A program made the translations under genes and the position numbers. A stretch of 60,924 nucleotides of DNA, the filler included, from Catajapyx aquilonaris (Eukaryota): the NCBI GenBank assembly GCA_000934665.2. It is 2 parts of 2 records of this genome, joined end to end, with 100 filler letters (N's around TTAATTAATTAA, not from the genome) between each part and the next. Parts side by side here need not be neighbours in the genome. Positions count along the whole stretch, not along the records: positions 30,845 to 60,924 come from JYFJ02004690.1; 1 more part is not named here. One strand, given 5' to 3'. The notes beneath the pieces were generated by a model. It worked only from the letters and a program-made list of their open reading frames with translations, searched no databases and had not been told where the DNA came from. This document shows positions 59,441-60,924 of the stretch, one piece after another (position 1 is the stretch's first letter; each line of letters opens with the position of its first letter).

Positions 59441-59729
59441 CTCTCTAAAAAAAATAGAGTTAAAAAACTCAAGTTGGGTTCTTTTTAACTCTTTTAACCT
59501 TGAAAGTGGTCATTACCAAAAATGAGTTATAATAACTCTTTCGCTGGAGTTAAAACAACTCTTTCAGTTCATTTCATCCTCCGAAAGAGTTATTCATTAA
59601 CTCTTTCGGAGTTAGAAATGAACTAAAAGAGTTGTTTGAACTCCAGCAAGGAGTTATTATAACTCATTTTTGGTAATGACCACTTTCAAGGTTTAAAAGA
59701 GTTAATTTAACTCTTATTTTTTTAGAGAG
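59441..59729. mobile_element. AT-rich palindromic MITE (289 bp), TA-flanked
   Basis: TA|CTCTCTAAAAAAAATA..GAGTT ... AACTCTTATTTTTTTAGAGAG|TA. The whole element folds back and is built from aactc / gagtt motifs. Confidence 0.88.
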
Positions 59730-59968
59730 TATGTTAACTGCCTTATCAAATCTATAAGTGCATACTTCTGTGTGTGCTGGTGTTCTTGTCTTCAATAAGC
59801 TGTGGGGAGGGAAACAGGTGTTTTACTGTAACTCTGGGGACTTTGCCCCATTTGTGAGGACATTTTCGGTCCCCACAGCTTCACACACGAGAACATTACC
59901 GGTATGGTATGGACATGTCCCCACAATTTCGATTTGTAGGGTTTCACAAATGTACATTTCTCTCAGCC

Positions 59969-60028
59969 TAGGTTAGTTAGGGTAGGGTAGGGTAGGTAGG
60001 TAGGGTAGGTTAGGATAGGTTAGGTTAG
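59969..60028. repeat. Degenerate (TAGG/TTAGG/TAGGG)n simple repeat
   Basis: Direct reading. It resembles the arthropod telomeric TTAGG motif but is short and impure. Confidence 0.8.
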
Positions 60029-60338
60029 TTTACACTAGTTTCGAAAAGTTGAGTTTTCAAAGTTCCCATAGCTTATTGAGCGCAAGTGGGTGTGCACGTG
60101 TGTGTTAATTTTAAAACGCCTAATCTTCCCAGCTCATGTTGGATTAAAACGTAACATTCATCAAGCAGCCACAAGGCCATCAAATCGTTTTCTCCAGGTG
60201 CAGCGCACCAAACAACCATACAAGTTACAAGTACAAAATAATCCCACGAGTGTAGATAAAGTGATAGTGATAACTTAGTTCAGCTATTATATAATATGTC
60301 AGAAAAATACTTTTGTGTTTCAAACTATGATACAAAGA

Positions 60339-60611
60339 CACCGAAGCAGATTGGTGTAGGGGTTAAGGAGCTAGATTGCTAATCGGAAGATCCTGGGTTC
60401 GAATCCCGGGGCCGGCAACCCTGACCGTGGTTTTCTGTGGTTTTCCACGGTCCCCCCAGGATAATTCCGGGGTAGCTTCCGTATAATAGGACACAGCCGC
60501 TTCCTTCCTTCCCTCCCTATCCTTGGCCCCATCCAATGGTGGTATTCCACCCCCCCCAATGGAGCGCCGANGAGCGCCGATTCTCCCAATAGGGTATAAA
60601 AACAAAAAAAT
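60339..60611 (+). mobile_element. tRNA-derived SINE (family C)
   Basis: CCGAAGCAGATTGGTGTAGGGG..GGTTCGAATCCC head, A-rich tail, and 13-bp TSD tatgatac(a/g)aaga (60326-60338, 60612-60624). Confidence 0.88.
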
Positions 60612-60831
60612 TATGATACGAAGATATTTCTGCAGCTTCTGGATGAATTTGATCAGATGCTAACACTTGTCTTATCAAAATGCAACATCTGAAAAATAAA
60701 CAACACTTTTAAAAAAAGGTTAGTGGTTCATATACTTTTGCAAGCTAGACCTTCCTTCAGAGTTTAAATAGCATTCCCCAGAGGGACTTTTGATCACCCT
60801 CAATAAAAACTGTTTGAGAGTAACCGCTTAA

Positions 60832-60924
60832 CCCTCAGACGGTGACGTGCGAAATGTTCGCTCTCCGGTGACGTGGGCTCTTTTTGTGACCAAGCCATAT
60901 TTTTTGCTATATCTGGCGAAATAT
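60832..60924. mobile_element. Possible piggyBac-like left end running off the window
   Basis: TTAA|CCCTC followed by two cggtgacgtg direct repeats. The other end is not visible. Confidence 0.3.

Noticed and set aside
59969..60028. Telomere or interstitial telomeric array
   Set aside because: Only ~60 bp and impure. Such tracts are common inside non-autonomous elements.

Overview
Eukaryotic (very likely arthropod) genomic DNA, made of two segments joined by an artificial 100-bp spacer (N44-TTAATTAATTAA-N44, 30745-30844). The left segment holds two intron-containing minus-strand genes. One is the 5' part of a SAC2/INPP5F phosphoinositide phosphatase (5 exons, 7268->2172, continuing off the left edge). 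The other is a giant large-lipid-transfer-protein gene (apolipophorin/apoLTP-like). I could splice 22 visible exons of it into one open frame of 6,210 codons plus stop; its N-terminus is lost at the gap. It has 21 short introns (74-109 bp) but one 10,352-bp exon encoding a long tandem array of ~55-aa amphipathic beta-strand repeats, which is the most striking object in the window. The right segment is gene-poor, with one divergent ionotropic (chemosensory) receptor ORF and a possible orphan exon. Both segments are dense in short non-autonomous transposons: Tc1/mariner/pogo-, hAT-, PIF/Harbinger-, P-, piggyBac- and Helentron-like elements, plus five tRNA-derived SINE copies with TSDs and shuffled head/body/tail modules. 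Splice sites and repeats were read by eye and no database searches were run.
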